Shown here: one piece after another, positions 1 to 14,370 of the stretch
How positions within the stretch are numbered: position 1 is the stretch's first letter
Layout of the letters: the number at the start of each line of letters is the position of its first letter
Assembly: GCF_009914755.1 (NCBI RefSeq)
Contig: NC_060925.1
Source: the human T2T-CHM13v2.0 reference genome, Homo sapiens
DNA: 64,000 nt
Strand: one strand, 5' to 3'
Notes under the pieces: generated by a model
Database searches by the model: none
The model's input: only the letters and a program-made list of their open reading frames with translations
What the model was told of the DNA's origin: nothing
Made by a program: the position numbers and the translations under genes

Positions 1-340
1 CAGAGAAGATTTGGGGTTTATCAGGAATTTTTGGATTTATGAGGAGTCTGGGGTCCACAGAGGGGCTATTCAGTTCATAAACATGAGGACCCTCTAGATG
101 CCAGACCCTGTGCTGGGAACTAGGGGGCAGAGAGGAATGAGATAGGGTTGTTCTTGGAGGCACTCAGGACATTCAATTAATTCATTCAACCCATATTCAC
201 CGAGGGACTAAAGCAGGCCAGGACCTGGGGCTACAAAGATGAATTAGAGTAGGCTCAGACCTCAGGAATTCAGAATGTAATAAGAGGCAAGTGAGAATGA
301 AACAATGGCGGGCACCTAAACCTTGGAGGATGCCCTGCTA

Positions 341-503
341 TTTTTTTTTTTTCTCGAGACAGTGTCTTCTTCTGTCACCCAGGCTAGAATGCAGTGACGC
401 CATTTCGGCTCACTGTAGCTTCAACATGCCGGGCTCAAGTGATCCTCTCACCTCAGCCTCCCCAAAATGCTAGGATTACAGAGGTGAGCGACTGTGCCTG
501 GCT
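341..503 (-). repeat. Alu monomer/FLAM-like
   Basis: Alu similarity with a T-tail. Confidence 0.8.
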
Positions 504-1344
504 GATGCCTTGCTGTATAAACTGCAGCCTGCTGGCTCTCCCTCTCCAACCCAGCCTGCTAACTCACCACGGTTCCATTCACATCCCTAAAGCTTAGCTG
601 TACCCTGAAAAAGAGCTTAGCAGTTGAGAACTCTGGTTCAGGGGACAGAAATATCTGGGTTCAAATCCTAGTTCCTCACTTGTTACTCATGCGGCCTTGA
701 ACAAGTCTGAGCCAGATTCCACCTCTAAACTTAGATATTATGTAACCTCATGAGGTTGCAGTGAGGATTAAACAAGATAATGTGTGCAAAGTGCCCAGCA
801 CAGTGACTGGCACAGGATTAAGTGCTCAATCAATGCTAGTTATTGCTACTACCTTTCATTAAAGGCTGCTTATAGGGTGGGTGCTTTGCATACTTCATCT
901 CATTTAATATTCAGATAATCCTGCAAGGTAAGAATCATGAATCTTTTTGAGTGTTAATTAATGTCCTATATCTCGTTTCAGTGGAGGAGTAAGTTTCTAT
1001 CTCACTTCCCAGGGGAGTGACTTATCATATGGAGAGGTTTTAAAGAAGGTGAGCGTGGGGCCCTCTCTTTTTGTAGAAAAGCCTGTCCTTGGCATGTAGA
1101 GCTTTTCAACTTTAGTACCCAGATCCTCCCATCACCCAGCACTGTTTCTCTCTATTCTGTTCCAATTCATACATGACACAGCTGCTGGGAAACCTTCAAT
1201 GGCCCCATTGCCTACAGAATAAAGCTCCAACTCCTTATCCTGGCATTGAAGACCCTCCAGGTGTGGCCTACCCTACCTTTCCAGTCTTTATTCTAGTTCA
1301 CTCCACCACATGCCCCATGAACTCAGGGCCAGCTATGGGGGACA

Positions 1345-2300
1345 GCAGTACTACCTGGGCTAAATAATTTAAAGATTTTTGTTGAGCTATAAAACTTTTT
1401 GCAGTGTCTTAAGCTATCTCACCAATAGTGGTGAATAGGTTTTGAATAATATCTCTGTTGACATAAACTCTAGCATTTGGAATTGGTATTCTCAGGATGT
1501 TTTCACCTATATTATCAACATATCTTATTAACATTGACCTTTTAGCTCTATAATGAAGAGAAAAAGGGGGTCCTTCTATATGTTTGTATAGGGATAAGGG
1601 GGTTAGAAAATGCTCCAGCAAGTGTAAACCTTTTATTTGTAATCTGTTGAGGCATTGGTGTGTCCATCTTTGTGTAGGTGATTCAGACCACATGTCACAC
1701 ACAAACACACGTCCTGGGGGAGCACAGGTGGTACCCCTGAAGGTGTGCTCACTAATAGATTCATTCATGGGGAATGCTGACAACACCAAATTGAACCATG
1801 GGTTCCTTTCTTTGCAAGCTTTTCAGAATTTGTTTATATCATAGCCTATATATAGGTATGGTTGGCATAGTAAGGACTTATCTTTAACTTTGTTCATATC
1901 ATCTAGAGTGTATTTGTTTACCCAGTAGCACATGGATTGAGGAGGTCTCATGATATAGAATGGATTTCTACCATTAAAAACAAGGGACAAATTAAAACAA
2001 GGGATAGCAGTATTTGGGTTATACAGTAGTAAGACCTGGAAAGTTAATCCAGCAAGATGTCAGTCTAAATAAGTGGTGACTTTAACTTTAGGGACATCTG
2101 AGAAGTCAGTGACAGGTGTTACTATGGCCTATATTGGTCATGAATGAAGCTAGGAATCATATAACAAATCCAACAATCTGATAGGTTTTCTCCAGTGTGA
2201 TACTTAGAGATAACTTAACCAAAGTGTTAACATGCCATCCTTTGCATTGGGACAGAGAGACAACTATAAGGAAAAATTATTTAAGGAAGTTAGTTAAAGT
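1345..2300 (-). pseudogene. ERV env remnant (SU, furin site, start of TM)
   Basis: ORF 1409-1789 has CAPPGRVFVC and furin site RAKR; after a stop the frame continues DTAKSFIAQQKSLNYLAQVVL (TM heptad), then breaks off. Confidence 0.75.
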
Positions 2301-2920
2301 AAACAAGGCAAATGTCCTACTTTACATAGGATGGTAACAATTATCTATCTTCCTAAGACAACAATAATTACAGCTACTATAACGTAAGTATAAGCATTCA
2401 TTTAGGTATAGGACTGGTCTCATGTCTTGGGAAACCTGACCATCTCTGATGTTGTCGTCTTTTTGTCCAGGCATTGGCTTAAACTGAAGATCACCTTCTG
2501 GTGTAACAGTCCATTCAGGAGGTTTTGCCCTCTTTAGATAAAGAGATTCCAGGAGTCTATGCCTTTTAATTTAGCTGCACAAGGATTCGAAAGCAGTACT
2601 TGGTAGGATCCATTCCACCATGGTTGGAGAGTCCTTTAAAAGATGTTTCCAATGAGAAAATCTCCAGGTTGAAGTCTGTGGTTCTTGAGATTTTCATCTC
2701 TTGGGAGCTCAATGTGAAACACTTTAACAAATATTTTTAGTTAATTGTTTCATAAGATCATTAATAAGTGAATATATCTTCTTTTATTATTAAGGAGGTG
2801 CAATTTCCAGGAGAGAATTTCATAAGTCTGTCTGTTATAATTTCAAATGGAGATAACTGGTGTTTACTTAAAGGAGTCAATTTTAGGTTTGGTAAAACCA
2901 GTGGAAGAGCTTTTGGCCAA

Positions 2921-3612
2921 TGTGTTAGTCTGTTTGGCATTGCTATAAACGAGTACCTGAGACTGGGCAATTTATAAAGAAAAGAGGTTTATTTGGCTCA
3001 CAGTTCTACAGGCTGTACAAGAAGCACAGTACTAGCATCCACTTCTGGTAAAGCCTCAGGAACTTACAATCATGGCAGAAGGTGAAGGGGGAGCAGGTAT
3101 ATACCACATGGCAAGAGAGGAAGCAAGAGAGAGGGAGGAGGTGCCAGGCTCATTTAAACAACCAGCTCCAGCTGGGTGTGGTGGCTCACACCTGTAATCC
3201 CAGCACTTTGGGAGGCTGAGGTGGTTGGATCGCTTGAGGCCAGGAGTTCGAGACCAGACTGGCCAACATGGTGAAACCCTGTCTCTACTAAAAATGCAAA
3301 AATGAGCTAGGCATGGTGGTATGCACCTGTAGTCCCAGCTACTCAGGAGGCTGAGGCACGAGAATCACTTGAACTCAGGAGGTGGATGTTGGGTTCCAGC
3401 CTGGGTGACAGAGACTCTGTCTCAAAAAACAACAAACAAACAAACAAACAAACAAACAAAAAACCAGCTCTCCTGTGAACTCATTACCATGAGGAAAGCA
3501 CCAAGGGATCTGCCCCCTATGACCCAAACATCTACCACCAGGCCCCACCTCCAACACTGGGGATCACATTTCAACATGAGATTTGGAGGGAACAAATATC
3601 AAAACTGTATCA
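2921..3612 (-). mobile_element. MST (MaLR) solo LTR with an internal Alu
   Basis: MST-like sequence TGTGTTAGTC...GTATCA; TSD GCCAA on both sides. Confidence 0.85.
3170..3462 (+). repeat. Alu
   Basis: Alu consensus, (CAAA)n tail, TSD AACCAGCTC. Confidence 0.9.
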
Positions 3613-4134
3613 GCCAAAGAATTTTAAAAGCCTTGATTAATTTTTTTAACTGGGTTTTTATTATTTCATTTGTGTGTTCCACTAATGCAGATAGCTGGGG
3701 TGATAAGCACAATGGAAATGTTGAAGAATAGGCCAGATTCTACATACTGATTGAATTATCTGTCCAGTGAAGTGAGTGTCTCTGTTGCTGTGAAGTCCCA
3801 GAGGAAACTCCAGCTTGGAATAATCTTTTTAAAGAGAATTTTACTTACTGCTAAAGCCGTTGCTCTTTTGCATGGAAATAACTCAATGAGAAAACATGCA
3901 GATCATTACCAGGACATATCTGTAGCTCTGTGAAGGTGGCTGCCAGATAAAATCCAGTTGCCATATTTCAAAGGGAGCCTTAGCTAAAGGAAAGTGTCTT
4001 TGGGAGCCATGTAATGGTTTTCCCTGACTATACCTTGTGCAAATATGACAAGAGTTGTATGTCTTATGAGCTATAGTCAGAGAAGGCTTTCAATAATATT
4101 GTTTTCCCCAAGCAACCATTCTGTCAGGACTCTA

Positions 4135-4692
<558 letters not shown>

Positions 4693-5645
4693 CTAATTTT
4701 TTGTCAAATTCAAGTGTGTCCTTAAAAGTTAATATAGGTTGTTTTTTGTTTGTTTCTTTGTTTGGACATGTTTGGAGCAGTTCTCTTTGTTACTTCATCA
4801 GCTAGCTGATTTCCTCTGCTTTCTGGAGTATCTGATCTGGAATTACCTGGAATTTTACTAGTGGCCAGTGACTGTGGTAATAATATGGCTTCTAGTAGTT
4901 GTGAAATAAGATGTCCATTTTTTATGCATTGATCCAGAGAGGTTAAGATCCCTTTTTGTTTCTATAACATTTCAAAATCATGGGCTACTCTAAAAGCATA
5001 CCTACTGTTTGTATAAATATTAGTGGATATTTCTTTTGCCAACGGGCAGGCCCTAATTAATGCTATTAATTCTGCTTGTTGAGCCGAGGTGGCTTCCAGA
5101 AGATAGGCACTTTCCATTTCTTCAGACACCATAGTGTAATATGCACAGGAGATTCCAGATTCATCCTTCAAGTAAAATCTATCTGCATTTTACTACAGCA
5201 TTTATAAGTGGGAGTGTCTTATAGTTCTCACCTGAGAGAAAGAAATTGATCAGTTGTGTTTAGGCAGTCATGTGGCATTTCATCTGAAAATGAAGGCAAA
5301 AGTGTTGCAGGTTTTAAATCGTTACACCTAGAGATGGTGATATGAGAGGCTGACAGAAGCAGGACCTCATATGAAGCCAGTCGGCTAACCAAGTAATGTT
5401 GAGTATGATATGAATTCAGCAATGCTGCAACAAAATGAGGGACAAAGATAATAAGAGATGTTTCCGTTACAATTTCTTCAGTTGTCTTAATTAACACAGC
5501 AGTGGCTGTTATGGCTGTCATACAAGGTGGCAATCCTCTTGCTACAGGGTCTAATTGTTGGCTATAATACTCTATGGGTCTATTTTGATCTCTCTTTTTG
5601 AGTTAGGACCGCTAAAACATTTCCATCACTTTTATGTACAAATAA

Positions 5646-6030
<385 letters not shown>

Positions 6031-6298
6031 TGATTTTCTTCTGTCCAGTCTAGAGGGTCTGGTATATCCTATTTTAAGACTGCATATAAGGGCTGGGCTT
6101 TTGAAGAAAAGTTTGGAATCTAATTTCTATAATATCCTTTCAGTCTCCAAAACCCTCTTAACAGTTTCTTGGTACTTGATGGAGGAAAAGCTAAAATTCC
6201 TTTAAATCTGACTGGAATAATAGAAAATCCTTCCTTGGATATTAGGTAGCCTCGGTACTTCATTTGTTTTTGACAAAATGGAAGCTTTTCTTTAGGAT

Positions 6299-6665
6299 TG
6301 TATTAGTCGTCTTCGTGCTGCTGATAAGGACATTCCTGAGACTAGGCAATTTACAAAAGAAAGAGGTTTAAGGGACTTAGAGTTTCACATGACTGGGGAG
6401 GCCTCACAATCATGGTGGAAGGCAAGGAGGAGCAAGTCACGTCTTACACGGATGGCAGCAGGCAAGAAGAGAGAGCTTGTGCAGGGACACTTTTGTTTTT
6501 AAAACCATGAGATCTCATGAGACTTATTCACTACCACGAGAACAGCATGGAAATGACCTACCCTCATGATTCAGTTATCTCCCACTGGGTCCCTGCCACA
6601 ACACGTGGGAATTATGGGAGCTACAAGGTGAGATTTGGGTGGGGACACAGAGCCAAACCATATCA
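6299..6665 (-). mobile_element. THE1 (A/B-like) solo LTR
   Basis: TGTATTAGTC...GCCAAACCATATCA termini typical of THE1. Confidence 0.88.
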
Positions 6666-6787
6666 GAAATCTTATGACCATTTAGGGCCAATTGTTCTAA
6701 CAGGTATATTCCATTTGCTGTGGAAGCTTGTTTGTTCTCTGAGCAAAGAAGTAAATTATCTATGTATTATATGAAGACAGACTTCTC

Positions 6788-7122
<335 letters not shown>

Positions 7123-7455
7123 AGACAGACTTCTCTATGAAGTCAACATCTGAGGAGGTCTGTTTTTAATATTTGTGGAAAGTAAGTTGGGCTTTCAGCA
7201 TATCTTTGGGGCATGACTGTCCAAGTGTATTGTTTGTTTTCCCAAGTGAAGGCAAAGAGAAATGAACTGTCTTTATCTACAAGAATGTAAAGAATGCACT
7301 GCATAAGTCTATGACTGTAAAAAAAAAAAAAAATCCTGCACTGGATGGAATAGTTGTGAGAAATGTATGAGGATTAGGCACTACTGCATTCTGTGGAATT
7401 ACTCTGTTGTTTACTGTTCTTAAATCCTGTACAAACCTTTCTTCTTTACCATTTG

Positions 7456-7642
7456 GTTTTCTTTCTTTCTTTCTTTTCTTTCTTTTTTTTTTTTTGAGAT
7501 GGGGTTTTGCCATGTTGCCCAGGCTAGTTTCAAACTCCTGAGCTCAGGAGATCCTTCTGCCTCAGCCTACCAACGTGCTGGAATTGCCTGAGCCACTCAG
7601 CCTCCCAAAGTGCTGGAATTGCCTGAGCCACTGCACCTGGCC
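7456..7642 (-). repeat. Alu left monomer/FLAM
   Basis: Alu similarity; TSD CCATTTGGTTTTCTT. Confidence 0.8.
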
Positions 7643-7935
7643 CCATTTGGTTTTCTTACCTGAAGGGTTGGTATATTACAAGGGCTTGTGCAAGAAATGA
7701 TCAATCCTTTTTCTATATAATCTCACATTATAGGTTTTGTTCCTTCTAGGGCTTCAGTTCTCAAGGAATATTGTTGGATATTTGGAAGTGATTTTGATGA
7801 CTCTATTTGAATTTTTATTGGAGTAGCTGAAAAAATAGTTCCTATATCAGTGGAGGACTTTGACTATAATTGATCAGGTACTACCTTTAGTTAAAGTTTT
7901 GTGATTCTTCATTGCTTAATAATTCAGTGTCCTCA

Positions 7936-8209
7936 GGCTGAGGTGGGAGGATCATGAGGTCAGGAGATCAAGACCATCCTGGCTAACACGGTGAAACCCC
8001 GTCTCTACTAAAAATACAAAAAATTAGCTGGGTGTGGTGGCGGGTGCCTGTAGTCCCAGCTACTCAGGAGGCTGAGGCAGAAGAATGGCGTGAACCCAGG
8101 AGGCAGAGCTTGCAGTGAGCCCAGATTGCACCACTGTACTCCAGCCTGGGCAACAGAGGGAGACTGGGTCTCAAAAAAAAAAAAAAAAAAGAAAAGAAAA
8201 AAGAAAAAA
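7936..8209 (+). repeat. 5'-truncated AluY
   Basis: AluY diagnostic GAGATCAAGACCATCCTGGCTAACACGG; TSD AATTCAGTGT(C/T)CTCA. Confidence 0.9.
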
Positions 8210-8361
8210 TTCAGTGTTCTCAATGGCAAGGTGGGTAGCAATTGGATTAGATTTTGAAAAATTTGCTCTGTTAATTCTGTTTTATCATCTATAGCATTTA
8301 ATTCTAAATACATTTCCCCTTCCAGGAGAAAGAAATATGGGTATTGTATAGATCTAAGGAG

Positions 8362-8362
8362 T

Positions 8363-8430
<68 letters not shown>

Positions 8431-9114
8431 TTCTTTCTCTTTCTTTATCCTTCTTTCTTTTTTTTTTTTTTTTTTTTGAGACAGAGTCTTGCTCTGTCGC
8501 CCAGGCTGTACCGCCACCACACCCGGCTAATTTCTTTTTGTATTTTTAGTAGAGACGGGGTTTCACCATGTTAGCCAGGATGGTCTCAATCTCCTGACCT
8601 CGTGATCCACCCGCCTTGGCTTCCCAAAGTGCTGGGATTACAGGCATGAGCCACCGCACCCAGCCTCCTCTTTATCCTCCTTTCTCTGTCTTTCTTTATC
8701 CTTCTTTCTCTTTCTTTCTTTTCTTTTCTTTCAAAAGAAATATGGGTATTGTATAGATCTAAGGACCTTCCTTCCTTCCTTCCTTCCCTCCTTCCCTCCT
8801 TCCCTCTTTCCTTCCTTCCTTCCTTCCTTCCTTCCTCTTTCTTTCATTCTATCGCCCAGGCTGGAGTGCAGTGGTGTGATCTCAGCTTACTGCAGCCTCT
8901 GCCTCCCAGGTTCAAGTGATTCTCCTGCCTCAACCACCTGAGTAGCTGAGATTACAGGCACCTGCCACCACGCCCAGCTAACTTTTGTATTTTTAGGAGA
9001 GATGGGGTTTCAATATGTTGGCCAGGCTGGTCTTGAACCCCTGACCTCAAGTGATCTGCCCGCTTCGGCCTCCCAAAGTGCTGAGATTACAGGCGTGAAC
9101 AACTGCACCCTGCC
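8362..9114 (-). repeat. Two antisense Alus (8460-8665 internally deleted; 8848-9114) with (TTTC)n and (CCTT)n tracts
   Basis: Alu consensus plus simple repeats. Confidence 0.85.
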
Positions 9115-9149
9115 AGGAGTCTCTTTCTATCCGATTAATGGGGGCTGAT

Positions 9150-10600
9150 GAAACCAAAAGGAAAACATGAATTTCCTTGTAAGAGACCTAGTTGAAAAGT
9201 TACAGGTTGAGACTTGTATGCTGATACAGGAGTATTTGTGACAGCCACTATTTGGACCAAGTTTTTACTTCAAAGAATGGGACTTTGTAATAAGGTGGAT
9301 TTATTACAAATAAAGTTGCTCTAGTGTCAGTGAGGGCTTGGGATTGTTCTCCATTTAAAATAGTTTCTATTTCTTCCAGAGTGCCAGTAAGGAAAAATAA
9401 AAGGTCCCTTTAAGTTCCTTGGAGCACCCCTATTTTCCTCCTTTGCTGTTGTTGTTCCTCCTGTTTCAGTTTTCAGCATCTTTTTTTATTTTAAGTGGCC
9501 AGTTTTTTTTTTTTTGCAGTAATTGCATTTGGAAGGTTAGATCTGTTCAGAGATTTGTTGGGATATTTTGTCAGTCTAGACTGTGTGGATAATTTAGGTT
9601 TTTTTCTTCTTTAGTTAAAGTACAAGACAACTGGTCAGCAGGGTTAACCAAATTGTGAGTTTGAGAAATGCCCCAACTAGGGCATTATCCCTTTACTATT
9701 AGTGCTAATACTTTATTGAGCCCTTTTATAAAGTTGGAATTGAGGAGAGTATTATTTTGATGATTAACATAACTTGCCTCAAATAAGCCTGACTAGTGTC
9801 TAAAAGTCTTTTCAAATCTTTCAAAGCATGACATTACTGACTCATCGGGTTTTGCTGACATTGTTGTATTTTATTTCAGTTGACTACCTTTTGGAAGATG
9901 AAAGGAATGGCTGCATGCAGAGCCCTTGCAGTTTCACAGGCATTCCTGCAGTCTTCTTGTGAACAGTGATAGAAATCCTCTAGGGGGTTTCTCCAGTGGG
10001 CTTTATCTAGCCAATCTTTAGCCTTACTTTCTGAAACTAACATGTGAACTAGTTGATATCAATCAGAAAACCAGGGTCATAAGCTCGAATATGTAGTTCA
10101 AATTCCCGACAAAACCAGTAGGGTCCTGATGGGGTCAGGAAGTTCCTTAATTATGCCTTTAAGTTCTGTCTTTGATCATGGTTATTAAGCTAAGGCAGGT
10201 TCTCCCCTACCAGACACTGGCTGCTTGCTGAACAGAGCCAGAACAGCAGGGGCCAGAGGAGGAGGAAGAAGGAAAAGAAGGTTAAAGAGGAAGGAAAGGC
10301 AGGTCAAGGAGAAGCTTCTGAGGGAGAAGAAGATTCAGCAGCCTTTTAAAATTCAGAAATTGTTTGACAATCTTTTTTCTTCCTGCAAAGAAATAACTTT
10401 ATCAGAGTCTCTTTTAGACACCTTCAAATACTACTGGAAATAACTCTCCCAATTATTCTATTTTATCCTAGAGCCAGCTTTTTCTAATTGAGCATGCAAA
10501 TACATTAGTTTAAGCATTTCAAAGGTATTCCATTTTCCTAAATAAGGGCAAGAGATGGTGCCATAAGTATGGATCACGAGTCTAGCTGGAGTTTCTAAAG
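9150..10600 (-). pseudogene. ERV gag and protease remnants
   Basis: Zinc-knuckle remnant CNYCKK..GH at ~9490-9530; protease active-site remnant LTDTRATL (from LxDTGA) at ~9310-9335. Confidence 0.7.
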
Positions 10601-11199
10601 GCGCATCTCTCCTTAAGGAACACTTGGTATTAGATGGCAGATTGCCTGCTATTTGTATTCTCCTCTTAAGGGACCAAAGGTTGAAAGGGAAAGATATTTT
10701 TAATCATGTGTACTGCTTATGGGAATGGCTTCCCCCAGGGGTCACCCTTGGGTTGGTTCTTCCCTCTTACGTGCCTTGGTAAAACCCCGGAATTCTGGGC
10801 ATTTAAAGCACTGGGAGATCAGCCCCTTATGTATGCCCATCAATTTAAGCAAATTTCTCTGCATGTTCTTCTTTGGGGACTCCTTATGGGACCATTTCTC
10901 ATCATAAGCAATAAACTCTGACACTCCTATGAGACCTTAGTCACCTAAGGTGTCTTTTGGCCAGAAGGATCTGTGTCTCTCATATTTGTGACTTATCATG
11001 TCCTCATAAACTTCTTCTATAAATTTTTCTATTCTTTCTTTTTATGAAAGAAGAATCTAAATGTGGCAATTTCAGCTGACCTTCAAAATCTAGCCAGCTT
11101 AACATCACAATTTTGCTTAAGCCACAGACATTTACTTCCTGTTAAAGAGCAACTGCTTTCTCTTTAACCAAATTTCAAATGAGAGAAAAGTTCATAAAT

Positions 11200-11564
11200 T
11201 GTATTAGTTTGTTCTCACATCGCTATGAAGAAATACCTGAGACTGTTTAATTTATAAAGAAAAGAAGTTTAATTGACTCACAGTTCTGCATGGCTGAGGA
11301 GGCCTCAGGAAACTTAAAATCATGGCGGAAGGGGAAGCAGACACCTTCTTCACTAGGTGGCAGGAGAGAGTGTGAGAGCACGGGAAAGACTACCTTTTAT
11401 AAAACCATCAGATCTCGTGAGAATTCACTCACTATCATGAGAACAGCATGGGGGAAACCAGTCCCCATGATTCAGTTATCTCCATCTGGTCCCACACTTG
11501 ACACATGGGGATTATTACAATGCACGATGAGATTTGGGAGAGAACACAGAGGCAAACCATATCA
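11200..11564 (-). mobile_element. THE1 (C/D-like) solo LTR
   Basis: THE1 termini; TSD TAAAT/CAAAT. Confidence 0.85.
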
Positions 11565-11903
11565 CAAATTTTAGCAAGTAAGACAGACAAAACTTTAACT
11601 TCAAGGAAGAGTAAAACCACAAACCTGCCTGCAACAGAATCTCTAAATAGGTAGCAAAGAGAACCCATACCTTAAAGCTTTAAAGTCGAGCTTTCAATTC
11701 CATCCCCATCAAGCATGCAATCAGGTCACTTGAATAAAATCTGAATTCACCTAAGCCGGGGAGAATCGAAACCCACGGGGGGCTTTGCCAAGAACTTTTG
11801 CAAACTTCAGCAAAAGTTGGTTGGATAGGAACAGTGTGTGCAGGTACCAGGGCCCCAATCTGTCTGTGAAGCAGCAGGAGTCAATGGAAAGAGACCACCT
11901 TGG

Positions 11904-11921
11904 GTCCCATCTGAATCATCA
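11904..11921 (-). other. Primer-binding site, tRNA-Arg(CCG)-like
   Basis: TGATGATTCAGATGGGAC versus TGGCGACCCAGATGGGAC (14/18), 3 nt after the LTR CA. Confidence 0.55.
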
Positions 11922-11924
11922 GAA

Positions 11925-12521
11925 TGTCATAGAGAAATAATCAAAAGGATCAGAATCTAGTTTAAAAGAGTTAATTCAAGCGCAAAGCTGAGGATGACCA
12001 TCTGGGAAACACAGACTCTAAATGGAATGGGGCCAGTGTCCCTAAGCTGAAAAGTGGGGGTCTTATTTAGATGGGCAGAAAACAAAGAAATTAACAGGTA
12101 TACAACATTTTTCATACAAGCCTGGTTTATGGGTTACAGAAACATATGATTAGTGATAGTTTGTTTTCTTTTGATTTTACAATTTAAATGAGTATCTTTA
12201 ACACCCCATTTAGACAATGTGATAGTTGTGAGATCTTTGTGTAAGAGAAGTCAAAGGGAAATTCATCTATAATGAAGATCAACAGTGAAGAGGAAAGGGT
12301 CTTCTCTGAAGCACTTTTTTTTTTTTTTAAATAACTTTTTACAACACAAGGTAGGCAAAGAAAAGGCTAATCTGCAACAGAAGAACAAAGTTTATAGCTG
12401 TCTAGGTTACAGCTTCCTAAGTTACAGCTTCCTGTCACATGACTCAGGCCCCATAATAACATTCCTTTAAGGCTCAAAATAAAATTCCAACAGCTTTGAC
12501 TTTGAATTACTTACTTTTACA
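11925..12521 (-). mobile_element. 5' LTR of the provirus (MER89-like)
   Basis: Minus strand TGTAAAAGTAAGTAATTC...ATGACA, with a PBS-like sequence just downstream. Confidence 0.7.
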
Positions 12522-13406
12522 ATAGGAAGGTTATCCAGATGCTGAGCAGCTATTGGATTTTTAATATTCATCTTCCTTAATTTCATACTGAATGCACAAG
12601 GCAATTTAGATGAGAGGGATTACCATTAGTCACTTAAAAAGCAAAGAAGGATCACTTGGCTCCCTCCATCCTAATTCTTACCACAGAGATGACACAATGA
12701 CAGTCAGAAAAATCTCCTACACATAAAAAGTTGTATCCTAGGAGAGGAATGAACTTAAAAAGAATTTTCTCTGCTTATAAAAGGGAAGGAGCTGTCACTT
12801 GCCACTCCTGGAAGGGTCTCCTCAGAAACCACAGGGCTTGAGTCCTTATCACAACACTTTGGCATGAAAGTCAGCCTTTCTAGGAGCTAGGTAAACTGAG
12901 TCTCCATTCTTCCTTGAAATGTAAACACATTCCTCCAGAATTAGGTAAATGCCTTCAGAGTTCTCTCACTATCTATACAATTGCAAATAATTTTAAGATT
13001 TGCTCTTGTGGGTCCCATGTTTCAGGAAAATTTGCTCAGAAAGCCCTAACTGTACAGAAATACAAACATATTTTATCTATACTATACAGCAACCAAAGTG
13101 ACAAATGTCTACCATATCCCTAAGCATTCATGGCACCCATATGGCACCAGGCTCTGTGTTGAGCACTAGGGATAGGCAAGGACTAAGCCAGGATCCCTGC
13201 CCTTAAGGAGCACTCAGGTTCTCAAGGGAAGGGCAGACATTGCTGTAGACCCAGTTTAAGTACCAGCTTGTATCTGCTCAGCCCACTTGTCTTGCTTCTT
13301 GGCCAGAGTGGCCTTAGTGATAATGCCCACCTCATAGTGGTCTTAAGGCTGGGATGCTATTGCCACAGACTGAGGAACCCCCATGTCAGTGACAGTTGAC
13401 AAGGAG

Positions 13407-13960
13407 AGACTATTGGGCATCTTCTTCCAGAAGAGCCCAGTTTCACCATGGTTGAAGACTTGCTTTGAATGGTGTGCTTTCGCCTTAATCAGCTTCTTGA
13501 ACTCTGCTGGAAATGTGGCAGCAGCTTCTTCATCAGCAGATGCAGCCTCTCCAGTAATTTTTATATTTCTCAGTCCAACCCATTCCTGAATCTGTGTAAT
13601 TGTCCCTTACTTGCAGTAAATGGCCTGGCGTCACTTGTTTCAGGAGATCACTTGCTGAAGTCTTTGTATAGACCATGCTTTCTGATACAACAAATTGCCT
13701 TCAGTGGGAACACATTTCTGTTCATATCTTCCATCCACAAATTTAATGTATTTTTCATCTTAACTAAGCACTTACCATGCACTGTAGCTTATCTTTTGCA
13801 ATTTAAGGTGTGACGGCAAAACTACCACAAATTTATCTTCCTTTCTTCCTAGTTTCATGGATAGATTTGTTCTTAACAAAGATTTTAGCAGCATCAGCAT
13901 ACTTTTTTTCTTTCCTTACTATATCGAGAACTTTCTTCTTCTCACTTAAAGGAAGCACTC
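13407..13960 (-). mobile_element. Tigger4 (Zombi)-like DNA transposon, transposase fragment
   Basis: Minus strand reads GEAASADEEAAATFPAEFKKLIK...QVFNHGETGLFWKKMPN, the pogo/Tigger D-E-T-G region. Confidence 0.8.
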
Positions 13961-14370
13961 TCCTCACAGGTCTCCCTGAAGCCATCGTGCCCACTCCAAT
14001 TCATCCTCCATGTGGCACCGAGTGGTCTTTTAAAATAAAGCATCTGATGCCAACCCTCTGTCTAAAGCCCTGGTTTCCCATTGCTCTTAGACAGACCTGG
14101 CCTATGAGCCCCCAAATGGTCTGGCTCCTGCCCCACCAACGTGGCCAGATTCCACTTGCCCCTTCCCTTTCTCTCCATGCTCCAGCCATCTGATCTTCTT
14201 TCAATATCTCGAACAGTTCAGATTCCTTCAGTCTCAAGGTCTTTGTACATACCATTTTCTCTCTCATTTAGACATTCTTCAGAACTCAGCTCAAAAGTTA
14301 CTTCCTCAAGGAAGCCTTTCCTGACATTGCCCACATTAGAACTGGCCCCTGTTATTTGCTTTTGAGGCCC

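Noticed and set aside
1409-1789. Domesticated env (syncytin/HEMO-like) gene
   Set aside because: Short fragment with stops, a degenerate fusion peptide and a truncated TM; no intact reading frame
8008-8520. 170-aa Lys-rich ORF and the many similar Alu-derived ORFs
   Set aside because: Translations of Alu and simple-repeat sequence
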